Below, in pieces: positions 39,901-53,647 of a stretch of DNA of 64,000 nucleotides. A program made the translations under genes and the position numbers. The stretch comes from Mayamaea pseudoterrestris (Eukaryota): contig BROI01000013.1 in the NCBI GenBank assembly GCA_027923505.1, positions 558,001 to 622,000 of the forward strand, read 5' to 3'. Within the stretch, counting starts at the first letter, position 1. Every line of letters starts with the position of its first letter. The notes beneath the pieces are model-generated. The model was given only the letters and a program-made list of their open reading frames with translations. It searched no databases and was not told the origin of the DNA.

Positions 39901-42900
39901 GTATTTGGGTGGCCAGGGCATGGGGCGTTTGACAGGTAAGAATCGACAACTTGTGGTGTTGGCCATACCCACCGTGGAGGCCGTACCCATGGTGTCAGCC
40001 TCCAGGCAGTCCATTTTGCACCATTTGAGACTCTGCACCTGCCGGGCGCCCGGACAGTTTGGCCTGACTCATTGGGTATTTGGGTGGCCAGGGCATGGGG
40101 CGTTTGACAGGTCAGAATCGACAACTTGTGGTGTTGGCCATACCCACGGTGGAGGCCGAGCCACGAGGTTAACCTCCAGACAGTGCCTTTTGCACCATTT
40201 GAGACTCTGCACCTGTCAATGGCATACCCTGGACATGTTTGGCCTGACTCATTGGGTATTTGGGTGGCCAGGGCATGGGGCGTTTGACAGGTCAGAATCG
40301 ACAACTTGTGGTGTTGGCCATACCCACCGTGGAGGCCGTACCCATGGTGTCAGCCTCCAGGCAGTCCTTTTTGCACCATTTGAGACTCTGCACCTGTCAA
40401 TGGCATACCCTGGACATGTTTGGCCTGACTCATTGGGTATTTGGGTGGCCAGGGCATGGGGCGTTTGACAGGTCAGAATCGACAACTTGTGGTGTTGGCC
40501 ATACCCACCGTGGAGGCCGTACCCATGGTGTCAGCCTCCAGGCAGTCCTTTTTGCACCATTTGAGACTCTGCACCTGTCAATGGCATACCCTGGACATGT
40601 TTGGCCTGACTCATTGGGTATTTGGGTGGCCAGGGCATGGGGCGTTTGACAGGTCAGAATCGACAACTTGTGGTGTTGGCCATACCCACCGTGGAGGCCG
40701 TACCCATGGTGTCAGCCTCCAGGCAGTCCTTTTTGCACCATTTGAGACTCTGCACCTGTCAATGGCATACCCTGGACATGTTTGGCCTGACTCATTGGGT
40801 ATTTGGGTGGCCAGGGCATGGGGCGTTTGACAGGTCAGAATCGACACCGTGTGTGTCAGCCTCCAGGCAGTCAGTTTTGCACCATTTGAGACTCTGCACC
40901 TGTCAATACCATACCCTGGACATGTTTGGCCTGACTCATTGGGTATTTGGGTGGCCAGGGCATGGGGCGTTTGACAGGTCAGAATCGACAACTTGTGGTG
41001 TTGGCCATACCCACCGTGGAGGCCGTACCCATGGTGTCAGCCTCCAGGCAGTCTATTTGAGACTCTGCACCTGTCAATGGCATACCCTGGACATGTTTGG
41101 CCTGACTCATTGGGTATTTGGGTGGCCAGGGCATGGGGCGTTTGACAGGTCAGAATCGACAACTTGTGGTGTTGGCCATACCCACCGGGGAGGCCGAACC
41201 CATGGTGTCAGCCTCCAGGCAGTCCTTTTTGCACCATTTGAGACTCTGCACCTGTCAATGGCATACCCTGGACATGTTTGGCCTGACTCATTGGGTATTT
41301 GGGTGGCCAGGGCATGGGGCGTTTGACAGGTCAGAATCGACAACTTGTGGTGTTGGCCATACCCACCGTGGAGGCCGTACCCATGGTGTCAGCCTCTGTC
41401 AATGGCATACCCTGGACATGTTTGGCCTGACTCATTGGGTATTTGGGTGGCCAGGGCATGGGGCGTTTGACAGGTCAGAATCGACAACTTGTGGTGTTGG
41501 CCATACCCACCGTGGAGGCCGTACCCATGGTGTCAGCCTCCAGGCAGTCCTTTTTGCACCATTTGAGACTCTGCACCTGTCAATGGCATACCCTGGACAT
41601 GTTTGGCCTGACTCATTGGGTATTTGGGTGGCCAGGGCATGGGGCGTTTGACAGGTCAGAATCGACAACTTGTGGTGTTGGCCATACCCACCGTGGAGGC
41701 CGTACCCATGGTGTCAGCCTCCAGGCAGTCCTTTTTGCACCATTTGAGACTCTGCACCTGTCAATGGCATACCCTGGACATAATTGGCCTGACTCATTGG
41801 GTATTTGGGTGGCCAGGGCATGGGGCGTTTGACAGGTCAGAAGAGCAACTTGTGGTGTTGGCCATACCCACCGTGGAGGCCGTACACATGGTGTCAGCCT
41901 CCAGGCAGTCCTTTTTGCACCATTTGAGACTATGCACCTGTCAATGGCATACCCTGGACATGTTTGGCCTGACTCATTGGGTATTTGGGTGGCCAGGGCA
42001 TGGGGCGTTTGACAGGGCAGAATCGACAACTTGTGGTGTGTGTCAGCCTCCAGGCAGTCCTTTTTGCACCATTTGAGACTCTGCACCTGTCAATGGCATA
42101 CCCTGGACATGTTTGGCCTGACTCATTGGGTATTTGGGTGGCCAGGGCATGGGGCGTTTGACAGGTAAGAATCGACAACTTGTGGTGTTGGCCATACCCA
42201 CCGTGGAGGCCGTACCCATGGTGTCAGCCTCCAGGCAGTCCTTTTGCACCATTTGAGACTCTGCACCTGTCAATGGCATACCCTGGACATGTTTGGCCTG
42301 ACTCATTGGGTATTTGGGTGGCCAGGGCATGGGGCGTTTGACAGGTCAGAATCGACAACTTGTGGTGTTGGCCATACCCACCGTGGAGGCCGTACCCATG
42401 GTGTCAGCCTCCAGGCAGTCCTTTTTGCACCATTTGAGACTCTGCACCTGTCAATGGCATACCCTGGACATGTTTGGCCTGACTCATTGGGTATTTGGGT
42501 GGCCAGGGCATGGGGCGCTTGACAGGTCAGAATCGACAACTTGTGGTGTTGGCCATACCCACCGTGGAGGCCGTGTGTGTCAGCCTCCAGGCAGTCCTTT
42601 TTGCACCATTTGAGACTCTGCACCTGTCAATGGCATACCCTGGACATGTTTGGCCTGACTCATTGGGTATTTGGGTGGCCAGGGCATGGGGCGTTTGACA
42701 GGTCAGAATCGACAACTTGTGGTGTTGGCCATACCCACCGTGGAGGCCGCACCCATGGTGTCAGCCTCCAGGCAGTCCTTTTTGCACCATTTGAGACTCT
42801 GCACCTGTCAATGGCATACCCTGGACATGTTTGGCCTGACTCATTGGGTATTTGGGTGGCCAGGGCATGGGGCGTTTGACAGGTCAGAATCGACAACTTG

Positions 42901-45900
42901 TGGTGTTGGCCATACCCACCGTGGAGGCCGTACCCATGGTGTCAGCCTCCAGGCAGTCCTTTTTGCACCATTTGAGACTCTGCACCTGTCAATGGCAACC
43001 CTGGACATGTTTGGCCTGACTCATTGGGTATTTGGGTGGCCAGGGCATGGGGCGTTTGACAGGTCAGAATCGACAACTTGTGGTGTTGGCCATACCCACC
43101 GTGGAGGCCGTACCCATGGTGTCAGCCTCCAGGCAGTCCTTTTTGCACCATTTGAGACTCTGCACCTGTCAATGGCATACCCTGGACATGTTTGGCCTGA
43201 CTCATTGGGTATTTGGGTGGCCAGGGCATGGGGCGTTTGACAGGTCAGAATCGACAACTTGTGGTGTTGGCCATACCCACCGTGGAGGCCGTACCCATGG
43301 TGTCAGCCTCCAGGCAGTCCTTTTGCACCATTTGAGACTCTGCACCTGTCAATGGCATACCCTGGACATGTTTGGCCTGACTCATTGGGTATTTGGGTGG
43401 CCAGGGCAGGGGCGTTTGACAGGGCAGAATCGACAACTTGTGGTGTTGGCCATACCCACCGTGGAGGCCGTACCCATGGTGTCAGCCTCCAGGCAGTCCT
43501 TTTTGCACCATTTGAGACTCTGCACCTGTCAATGGCATACCCTGGACATGTTTGGCCTGACTCATTGGGTATTTGGGTGGCCAGGGCATGGGGCGACAAC
43601 TTGTGGTGTTGGCCATACCCACCGTGGAGGCCGTACCCATGGTGTCAGCCTCCAGGCAGTCCTTTTTGCACCATTTGAGACTCTGCACCTGTCAATGGCA
43701 TACCCCTGACATGTTTGGCCTGACTCATTGGGTATTTGGGTGGCCAGGGCAGGGCGTTGACAGGGCAAATACGCAACTCTGGTGTTGGCAACAAGGAGCC
43801 GTACCCATGGTGTCAGCCTCCAGGCAGTCCTTTTTGCACCATTTGAGACTCTGCACCTGTCAATGGCATACCCTGGACATGTTTGGCCTGACTCATTGGG
43901 TATTTGGGTGGCCAGGGCATGGGGCGTTTGACAGGTCAGAATCGACAACTTGTGGTGTTGGCCATACCCACCGTGGAGGCCGTACCCATGGTGTCAGCCT
44001 CCAGGCAGTCCTTTTGCACCATTTGAGACTCTGCACCTGTCAATGGCATACCCTGGACATGTTTGGCCTGACTCATTGGGTATTTGGGTGGCCAGGGCAT
44101 GGGGCGTTTGACAGGTCAGAATCGACAACTTGTGGTGTTGGCCATACCCACCGTGGAGGCCGTACCCATGGTGTCAGCCTCCAGGCAGTCCTTTTGCACC
44201 ATTTGAGACTCTGCACCTGTCAATGGCATACCCTGGACATGTTTGGCCTGACTCATTGGGTATTTGGGTGGCCAGGGCATGGGGCGTTTGACAGGTCAGA
44301 ATCGACAACTTGTGGTGTTGGCCATACCCACCGTGGAGGCCGTACCCATGGTGTCAGCCTCCAGGCAGTCCTTTTTGCACCATTTGAGACTCTGCACCTG
44401 TCAATGGCATACCCTGGACATGTTTGGCCTGACTCATCGGGTATTTGGGTGGCCAGGGCATGGGGCGTTTGACAGGTCAGAATCGACAACTTGTGGTGTT
44501 GGCCATACCCACCGTGGAGGCCGTGTGTGTCAGCCTCCAGGCAGTCCTTTTTGCACCATTTGAGACTCTGCACCTGATGTTTGGCCTGACTCATTGGGTA
44601 TTTGGGTGGCCAGGGCATGGGGCGTTTGACAGGTCAGAATCGACAACTTGTGGTGTTGGCCATACCCACCGTGGAGGCCATGTGTGTCAGCCTCCAGGCA
44701 GTCCTTTTTGCACCATTTGAGACTCTGCACCTGTCAATGGCATACCCTGGACATGTTTGGCCTGACTCATTGGGTATTTGGGTGGCCAGGGCATGGGGCG
44801 TTTGACAGGTCAGAATCGACAACTTGTGGTGTTGGCCATACCCACCGTGGAGGCCGCACCCATGGTGTCAGCCTCCAGGCAGTCCTTTTTGCACCATTTG
44901 AGACTCTGCACCTGTCAATGGCATATGACTCATTGGGTATTTGGGTGGCCGGGGCATGGGGCGTTTGAGGGCAGAATCACAACTTGTGGTGTTGGCCAAC
45001 CGTGGAGGCCGTACCCATGGTGTCAGCCTCCAGGCAGTCCATTTTGCACCATTTGAGACTCTGCACCTGTCAATGGCATACCCTGGACATGTTTGGCCTG
45101 ACTCATTGGGTATTTGGGTGGCCAGGGCATGGGGCGTTTGACAGGTCAGAATCGACAACTTGTGGTGTTGGCCATACCCACCGTGGAGGCCGTACCCATG
45201 GTGTCAGCCTCCAGGCAGTCCTTTTTGCACCATTTGTGCGATACCCAGGACATGTTTGGCCTGACTCATTGGGTATTTGGGTGGCCAGGGCATGGGGCGT
45301 TTGACAGGTCAGAATCGACAACTTGTGGTGTTGGCCATACCCACCGTGGAGGCCGTACCCATGGTGTCAGCCTCCAGGCAGTCCTTTTTGCACCATTTGA
45401 GACTCTGCACCTGTCAATGGCATACCCTGGACATGTTTGCCTGACTCATTGGGTATTTGGGTGGCCAGGGCATGGGGCGTTTGACAGGTCAGAATCGACA
45501 ACTTGTGGTGTTGGCCATACCCACCGTGGAGGCCGTACCCATGGTGTCAGCCTCCAGGCAGTCCTTTTTGCACCATTTGAGACTCTGCACCTGTCAATGG
45601 CATACCCTGGACATGTTTGGCCTGACTCATTGGGTATTTGGGTGGCCAGGGCATGGGGCGTTTGACAGGTCAGAATCGACAACTTGTGGTGTTGGCCATA
45701 CCCACCGTGGAGGCCGCACCCATGGTGTCAGCCTCCAGGCAGTCCTTTTTGCACCATTTGAGACTCTGCACCTGTCAATGGCATACCCCTGACATGTTTG
45801 GCCTGACTCATTGGGTATTTGGGTGGCCAGGCATGGGGGGCTTGACAGGGCAGAATCGACAACTTGTGGTGTTGGAAGTGGAGCGTACCTGGTGTCAGCC

Positions 45901-48355
45901 TCCAGGCAGTCCTTTTGCACATTTGAGACTCTGCACCTGTCAATGGCAACCCTGGACATGTTTGGCCGGTGGGGTGGGGCGCTTGACAGGCAGAACGACA
46001 ACTGTGGTGTTGGCCAACCCAGACCGGTGTCAGCCTCCGGCAGTCCTTTTTGCACCATTTGAGACTCTGCACTGTCAATGGCATACCCTGGACATGTTTG
46101 GCCTGATCATTGGGTATGGGGGCCAGGGCAGGCGCGCGGTTTTTGCAATTTGAGACTCTGACTGTCAATGGTACCCACATGTTTGGCCTGACTCATTGGG
46201 TATTTGGGTGGCCAGGGCATGGGGCAGCCTCCAGGCAGTCCTTTTTGCACCATTTGAGACTCTGCACCTGTCAATGGCATACCCTGGACATGTTTGGCCT
46301 GACTCATTGGGTATTTGGGTGGCCAGGGCATGGGGCGTTTGACAGGTCAGAATCGACAACTTGTGGTGTTGGCCATACCCACCGTGGAGGCCGTACCCAT
46401 GGTGTCAGCCTCCAGGCAGTCCTTTTGCACCATTTGCGACACTGCACCTGTCAATGGCATACCCTGGACATGTTTTGCCTGACTCATTGGGTATTTGGGT
46501 GGCCAGGGCATGGGGCGTTTGACAGGTCAGAATCTACAACTTGTAATGTTGGCCATACCCACAGGGGAGGCCGTACCCATGGTGTCAGCCTCCAGGCAGT
46601 TCTGTTTGCACCATTTGAGACTCTGCACCTGTCAATGGCATAACCGGGACATGTTTTGCCTGACTCATTGGGTATTTGGGTGGCCAGGGCATGGGGCGTT
46701 TGACAGGTCAGAATCTACAACTTGTGGTGTTGGCCATACCCACAGTGGAGGCCGTACCCATGGTGTCAGCCTCCAGGCAGTCCTTTTTGCACCATTTGAG
46801 ACTCTGCACCTGTCAATGGCATACCCTGGACATGTTTTGCCTGACTCATTGGGTATTTGGGTGGCCAGGGCATGGGGCGTTTGACAGGTCAGAATCGACA
46901 ACTTGTAGTGTTGGCCATACCCACAGGGGAGGCCGTACCCATGGTGTCAGCCTCCAGGCAGTTCTGTTTGCACCATTTGAGACTCTGCACCTGTCAATGG
47001 CATACCCTGGACATGTTTTGCCTGACTCATTGGGTATTTGGGTGGCCAGGGCATGGGGCGTTTGACAGGTCAGAATCGACAACTTGTGGTGTTGGCCATA
47101 CCCACAGTGGAGGCCGTACCCATGGTGTCAGCCTCCAGGCAGTCCTTTTAGCACCATTTGAGACTCTGCACCTGACAATGGCATACCCTGGACATGTTTT
47201 GCCTGACTCATTGGGTTGTTGGGTGGCCAGGGCATGGGGCGTCTGACAGGTCAGAATCTACAACTTGTAATGTTGGCCATACCCACAGGGGAGGCCGTAC
47301 CCATGGTGTCAGCCTCCAGGCAGTCCTTTTTGCACCATTTGAGACTCTGCACCTGTCAATGACACACCCTGGACATGTTTTGCCTGACGCATTGGGTATT
47401 TGGGTGGCCAGGGCATGGGGCATTTGACAGGTCAGAATCTACAACTTGTGGTGTTGGCCATACCCACAGTGGAGGCCGTACCCATGGTGCCAGCCTCCAG
47501 GCAGTCCTTTTTGCACCATTTGAGACTCTGCACCTGTCAATGGCATACCCTGGACATGTTTTGCCTGACTCATTGGGTATTTGGGTGGCCAGGGCATGGG
47601 GCGTTTGACAGGGAAGAATCTGCAACTTGTGGTGTTGGCCATACCCACAGTGGAGGCCGTACCCATGGTGTCAGCCTCCAGGCAGTCCTTTTAGCACCAT
47701 TTGAGACTCTGCACCTGACAATGGCATACCCTGGACATGTTTTGCTTGACTCATTGGGTTGTTGGGTGGCCAGGGCATGGGGCGTCTGACAGGTCAGAAT
47801 CTACAACTTGTAATGTTGGCCATACCCACAGGGGAGGCCGTACCCATGGTGTCAGCCTCCAGGCAGTCCTTTTTGCACCATTTGAGACTCTGCACCTGTC
47901 AATGACACACCCTGGACATGATTTGCCTGACTCATTGGGTATTTGGGTGGCCAGGGCATGGGGCGTTTGACAGGTCAGAATCTACAACTTGTGATGCTGG
48001 CCATACCCACAGTGGAGGTGGGCCGTACACATGGTGTCAGCCTCCAGGCAGTCCTTTTTGCATCATTTGAGACTCTGCACCTGTCAATGGCATTCCCTGG
48101 ACATGTTTTGCTTGACTCATTGTGTATTAGGGTGGCCAGGGCATGTTGCGTTTGACAGGTCAGAATCTACAACTTGTGGTGTTGGCCATACCCACAGTGG
48201 AGGCCATACCCATGGTGTCAGCCTCCAGGCATTCCTTTTGCACCATTTGAGACTCTGCACCTATCAATGGCATACCCTGGGGAATGTTTTGCCTGACTCA
48301 TTGGGTATTTGGGTAGCCAGGGCATTGGGCATTTTACAGGTCAATGACAACTTGT
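18946..48355 (-). repeat. 181-bp tandem satellite (family A), right arm in the opposite orientation, roughly 162 copies
   Basis: Reverse complement of the left-arm unit. Near-identical copies from about 19700 to 39000 differ almost only in T4/T5 and C3/C4 homopolymer length. The monomer has 100 G+C in 181 bases (55%). Confidence 0.97.
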
Positions 48356-51300
48356 TTCAGGGGATGGAAAGGTATTTGGTGACAACTTGTCACCAGTCTC
48401 AGCCCGCAGATGCCGTGACATTCAAATGCCCCTACAGCAAGCCCTGTAGGTGCCCAAATTTACACCAGAATGGTGCCAACATCATTAATCAGGCTGCGCT
48501 ACAAGATGGTAGGCTTGGCTGGTGTCTCACGGGATGGCAATGGATTTGGTGACAACTTGTCACCAGTCTCAGCCCACAGATGCCGTGACATTCAAATGCC
48601 CCTACAGCAAGCCCTGTAGGTGCCCAAAATACTCCAGAATGGTGCCAACATTTTATTCAGGCTGCGCCACAAGAAGGTAGTCTTGGCTGGTGTCTCAGGG
48701 GATGGCAATGTGTTTGGTGACAACTTGTCACCAGTCAGCCCGCTGATGCCGCGACATTCAAATGCCCCTACAGCAAGCCCTGTAGGTGCCCAAAATACAC
48801 CAGAATGGTGTCAACATCATTATTCAGGCTGCGCTACAAGATGGTAGGCTTGGATGGTGTCTCAGGGGATGGCAATGTGTTTGGTGACAACTTGTCACCA
48901 GTCAGCCCGCAGATGCCGTGACATTCAAATGCCCCTACAGCAAGCCCTGTAGGTGCCCAAAATACACCAGAATGGTGCCAACATCATTATTCAGGCTGCG
49001 CTACAAGATGGTAGGCTTGGATGGTGTCTCAGGGGATGGCAATGTATTTGGTGACAACTTGTCACCAGTCAGCCCGCTGATGCCGCGACATTCAAATGCC
49101 CCTACAGCAAGCCCTGTAGGTGCCCAAAATACACCAGAATGGTGCCAACATCATTATTCAGGCTGCGCTACAAGATGGTAGGCTTGGATGGTGTCTCAGG
49201 GGATGGCAATGTATTTGGTGACAACTTGTCACCAGTCTCAGCCCGCAGATGCCGTGACATTCAAATGCCCCTACAGCAAGCCCTGTAGGTGCCCAAAATA
49301 CACCAGAATGGTGCCAACATCATTATTCAGGCTGCGCTACAAGATGGTAGGCTTGGATGGTGTCTCAGGGGATGGCAATGTATTTGGTGACAACTTGTCA
49401 CCAGTCTCAGCCCACAGATGCTGTGACATTCAAATGCCCCTACAGCAAGCCCTGTAGGTGCCCAAAATACACCAGAATGGTGCCAACATCATTATTCAGG
49501 CTGCGCTACAAGATGGTAGGCTTGGATGGTGTCTCAGGGGATGGCAATGTATTTGGTGACAACTTGTCACCAGTCTCAGCCCGCAGATGCCGTGACATTC
49601 AAATGCCCCTACAGCAAGCCCTGTAGGTGCCCAAAATACACCAGAATGGTGCCAACATCATTATTCAGGCTGCGCTACAAGATGGTAGTCTTGGCTGGTG
49701 TCTCAGGGGATGGCAATGTATTTGGTGACAACTTGTCACCAGTCTCAGCCCGCAGATGCCGTGACATTCAAATGCCCCTACAGCAAGCCCTGTAGGTGCC
49801 CAAAATACACCAGAATGGTGCCAACATCATTATTCAGGCTGCGCTACAAGATGGTAGGCTTGGATGGTGTCTCAGGGGATGGCAATGTATTTGGTGACAA
49901 CTTGTCACCAGTCTCAGCTTGCAGATGCTGTGACATTCAAATGCCCCTACAGCAAGCCCTGTAGGTGCCCAAAATACACCAGAATGGTGCCAACATCATT
50001 ATTCAGGCTGCGCTACAAGATGGTAGGCTTGGCTGGTGTCTCAGGGGATGGCAATGTATTTGGTGACAACTTGTCACCAGTCTCAGCCCGCAGATGCCGT
50101 GACATTCAAATGCCCCTACAGCAAGCCCTGTAGGTGCCCAAAATACACCAGAATGGTGCCAACATCATTATTCAGGCTGCGCTACAAGATGGTAGTCTTG
50201 GCTGGTGTCTCAGGGGATGGCAATGTATTTGGTGACAACTTGTCACCAGTCTCAGCCCGCAGATGCCGTGACATTCAAATGCCCCTACAGCAAGCCCTGT
50301 AGGTGCCCAAAATACACCAGAATGGTGCCAACATCATTATTCAGGCTGCGCTACAAGATGGTAGGCTTGGATGGTGTCTCAGGGGATGGCAATGTATTTG
50401 GTGACAACTTGTCACCAGTCAGCCCGCAGATGCCGCGACATTCAAATGCCCCTACAGCAAGCCCTGTAGGTGCCCAAAATACACCAGAATGGTGCCAACA
50501 TCATTCTTTAAGCTGAGCTACAAGATGGTAGTCTTGGCTGGCGACTCAGGGGATGGCAATGTATTTGGTGACAACTTGTCACCAGTCTCAGCTTGCAGAT
50601 GCTGTGACATTCAAATGCCCCTACAGCAAGCCCTGTAGGTGCCCAAAATACACCAGAATGGTGCCAACATCATTATTCAGGCTGCGCTACAAGATGGTAG
50701 GCTTGGATGGTGTCTCAGGGGATGGCAATGTATTTGGTGACAACTTGTCACCAGTCTCAGCCCGCAGATGCCGTGACATTCAAATGCCCCTACAGCAAGC
50801 CCTGTAGGTGCCCAAAATACTCCAGAATGGTGCCAACATCCTTTTTCAGGCTGCGCTACAAGATGGTAGGCTTGGCTGGTGTCTCAGGGGATGGCAATGT
50901 ATTTGGTGACAACTTGTCACCAGTCTCAGCCCGCAGATGCCGTGACATTCAAACACCCCTACAGCAAGCCCTGTAGGTGCCCAAAATACACCAGAATGGT
51001 GCCAACATCATTATTCAGGCTGCGCTACAAGATGGTAGGCTTGGCTGGTGTCTCAGGGGATGGCAATGTATTTGGTGACAACTTGTCACCAGTCTCAGCC
51101 CACAGATGCCGTGACATTCAAATGCCCCTACAGCAAGCCCTGTAGGTGCCCAAAATACACCAATCAAAATGGTGCCAACATCTATTCAGGCTGCGCTTCA
51201 AGATGGTAGTTTTGGCTGGTGACTCAGGGGATGGCAATGTATTTGATGACAACTTGTCACCAGTCTCAGCCCGCAGATGCCGTGACATTCAAATGCCCCT

Positions 51301-53647
51301 ACAGCAAGCCCTGTAGGTGCCCAAAATACACCAGAATGGTGCCAACATCATTATTCAGGCTGCGCTACAAGATGGTAGGCTTGGATGGTGTCTCAGGGGA
51401 TGGCAATGTATTTGGTGACAACTTGTCACCAGTCTCAGCCCGCAGATGCCGCGACATTCAAATGCCCCTACAGCAAGCCCTGTAGGTGCCCAAAATACAC
51501 CAGAATGGTGCCAACATCATTATTCAGGCTGCGCTACAAGATGGTAGGCTTGGCTGGTGTCTCAGGGGATGGCAATGTATTTGGTGACAACTTGTCACCA
51601 GTTCAAGCCCTGTAGGTGCCCACTCACGCTACAACGGATGCTGTGACAATTCAAATGCCCCTACAGCAAGCCCTGTAGGTGCCCAAAATACACCAGAATG
51701 GTGCCAACATCATGCTCAGTCCCAGCAGCAGGCTGATGATGGTGTGCTCAGAATGGTGCACATCAGTATTCAGGTGTGTGACAACTTGTCACCAGTCTCA
51801 GCCCGCAGATGCCGTGACATTTAAATGCCCCTACAGCAAGCCCTGTAGGTGCCCAAAATACTCCAGAATGGTGCCAACATCCTTTTTCAGGCTGCGCTAC
51901 AAGATGGTAGGCTTGGCTGGTGACTCAGGGGATGGCAATGTATTTGGTGACAACTTGTCACCAGTCTCAGCCCGCAGATGCCGTGACATTCAAACACACC
52001 TACAGCAAGCCCTGTAGGTGCCCAAAATACACCAGAATGGTGTCAACATCATTATTCAGGCTGCGCTACAAGATGGTAGGCTTGGATGGTGTCTCAGGGG
52101 ATGGCAATGTATTTGGTGACAACTTGTCACCAGTCTCAGCCCGCAGATGCCGTGACATTCAAATGCCCCTACAGCAAGCCCTGTAGGTGCCCAAAATACA
52201 CCAGATTGGTGTCAACATCATTATTCAGGCTGCGCTACAAGATGGTAGGCTTGGATGGTGTCTCAGGGGATGGCAATGTGTTTGGTGACAACTTGTCACC
52301 AGTCTCAGCCCGCAGATGCCGTGACATTCAAATGCCCCTACAGCAAGCCCTGTAGGTGCCCAAATTACACCAGATTTGTGTCAACATCATTATTCAGGCT
52401 GCGCTACAAGATGGTAGGCTTGGCTGGTGTCTCAGGGGATGGCAATGTATTTGATGACAACTTGTCACCAGTCTCAGCCCGCAGATGCCGTGACATTCAA
52501 ATGCCCCTACAGCAAGCCCTGTAGGTGCCCAAAATACTCCAGAATGGTGCCAACATCCTTTTTCAGGCTGCGCTACAAGATGGTAGGCTTGGATGGTGAC
52601 TCAGGGGATGGCAATGTATTTGGTGACAACTTGTCACCAGTCTCAGCCCGAAGATGCCGTGACATTCAAATGCCCCTACAGCAAGCACCATAGGTGCCCA
52701 AAATACACCAGATTGGTGTCAACATCATTATTCAGGCTGCGCTACAAGATGGTAGGCTTGGCTGGTGACTCAGGGGATGGCAATGTATTTGGTGACAACT
52801 AGTCTCAGCCCGCAGATGCCGTGACATTCAAACACACCTACAGCAAGCCCTGTAGGTGCCCAAAATACACCAGAATGGTGTCAACATCATTATTCAGGCT
52901 GCGCTACAAGATGGTAGGCTTGGATGGTGTCTCAGGGGATGGCAATGTGTTTGGTGACAACTTGTCACCAGTCAGCCCGCAGATGCCGCGACATTCAAAT
53001 GCCCCTACAGCAAGCCCTGTAGGTGCCCAAAATACACCAGAATGGTGCCAACATCATTCTTTAAGCTGAGCTACAAGATGGTAGTCTTGGCTGGCGACTC
53101 AGGGGATGGCAATGTATTTGGTGACAACTTGTCACCAGTCTCAGCTTGCAGATGCTGTGACATTCAAATGCCCCTACAGCAAGCCCTGTAGGTGCCCAAA
53201 ATACACCAGAATGGTGCCAACATCATTATTCAGGCTGCGCTACAAGATGGTAGGCTTGGATGGTGTCTCAGGGGATGGCAATGTATTTGGTGACAACTTG
53301 TCACCAGTCTCAGCCCGCAGATGCCGTGACATTCAAATGCCCCTACAGCAAGCCCTGTAGGTGCCCAAAATACTCCAGAATGGTGCCAACATCCTTTTTC
53401 AGGCTGCGCTACAAGATGGTAGGCTTGGCTGGTGACTCAGGGGATGGCAATGTATTTGGTGACAACTTTCTCCAGTCTCAGCCCGCAGATGCCGTGACAT
53501 TCAAATGCCCCTACAGCAAGCACCGTAGGTGCCCAAAATACACCAGATTGGTGTCAACATCATTATTCAGGCTGCGCTACAAGATGGTAGGCTTGGATGG
53601 TGTCTCAGGGGATGGCAATGTATTTGGTGACAACTTGTCACCAGTCT
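48356..53647 (+). repeat. 169-bp tandem satellite (family B), about 31 copies
   Basis: Unit GGTGACAACTTGTCACCAGTCTCAGCCCGCAGATGCCGTGACATTCAAATGCCCCTACAGCAAGCCCTGTAGG... with period 169 (167 in some copies). Confidence 0.97.

Noticed and set aside
39280..46260. Scattered scrambled or deleted monomers as real variants or insertions
   Set aside because: Most are private, look like local basecalling failures, and have no TSD or TIR structure.
5886..53647. CRISPR array
   Set aside because: Whole units repeat with no unique spacers, there are no cas genes, and the context is eukaryotic.
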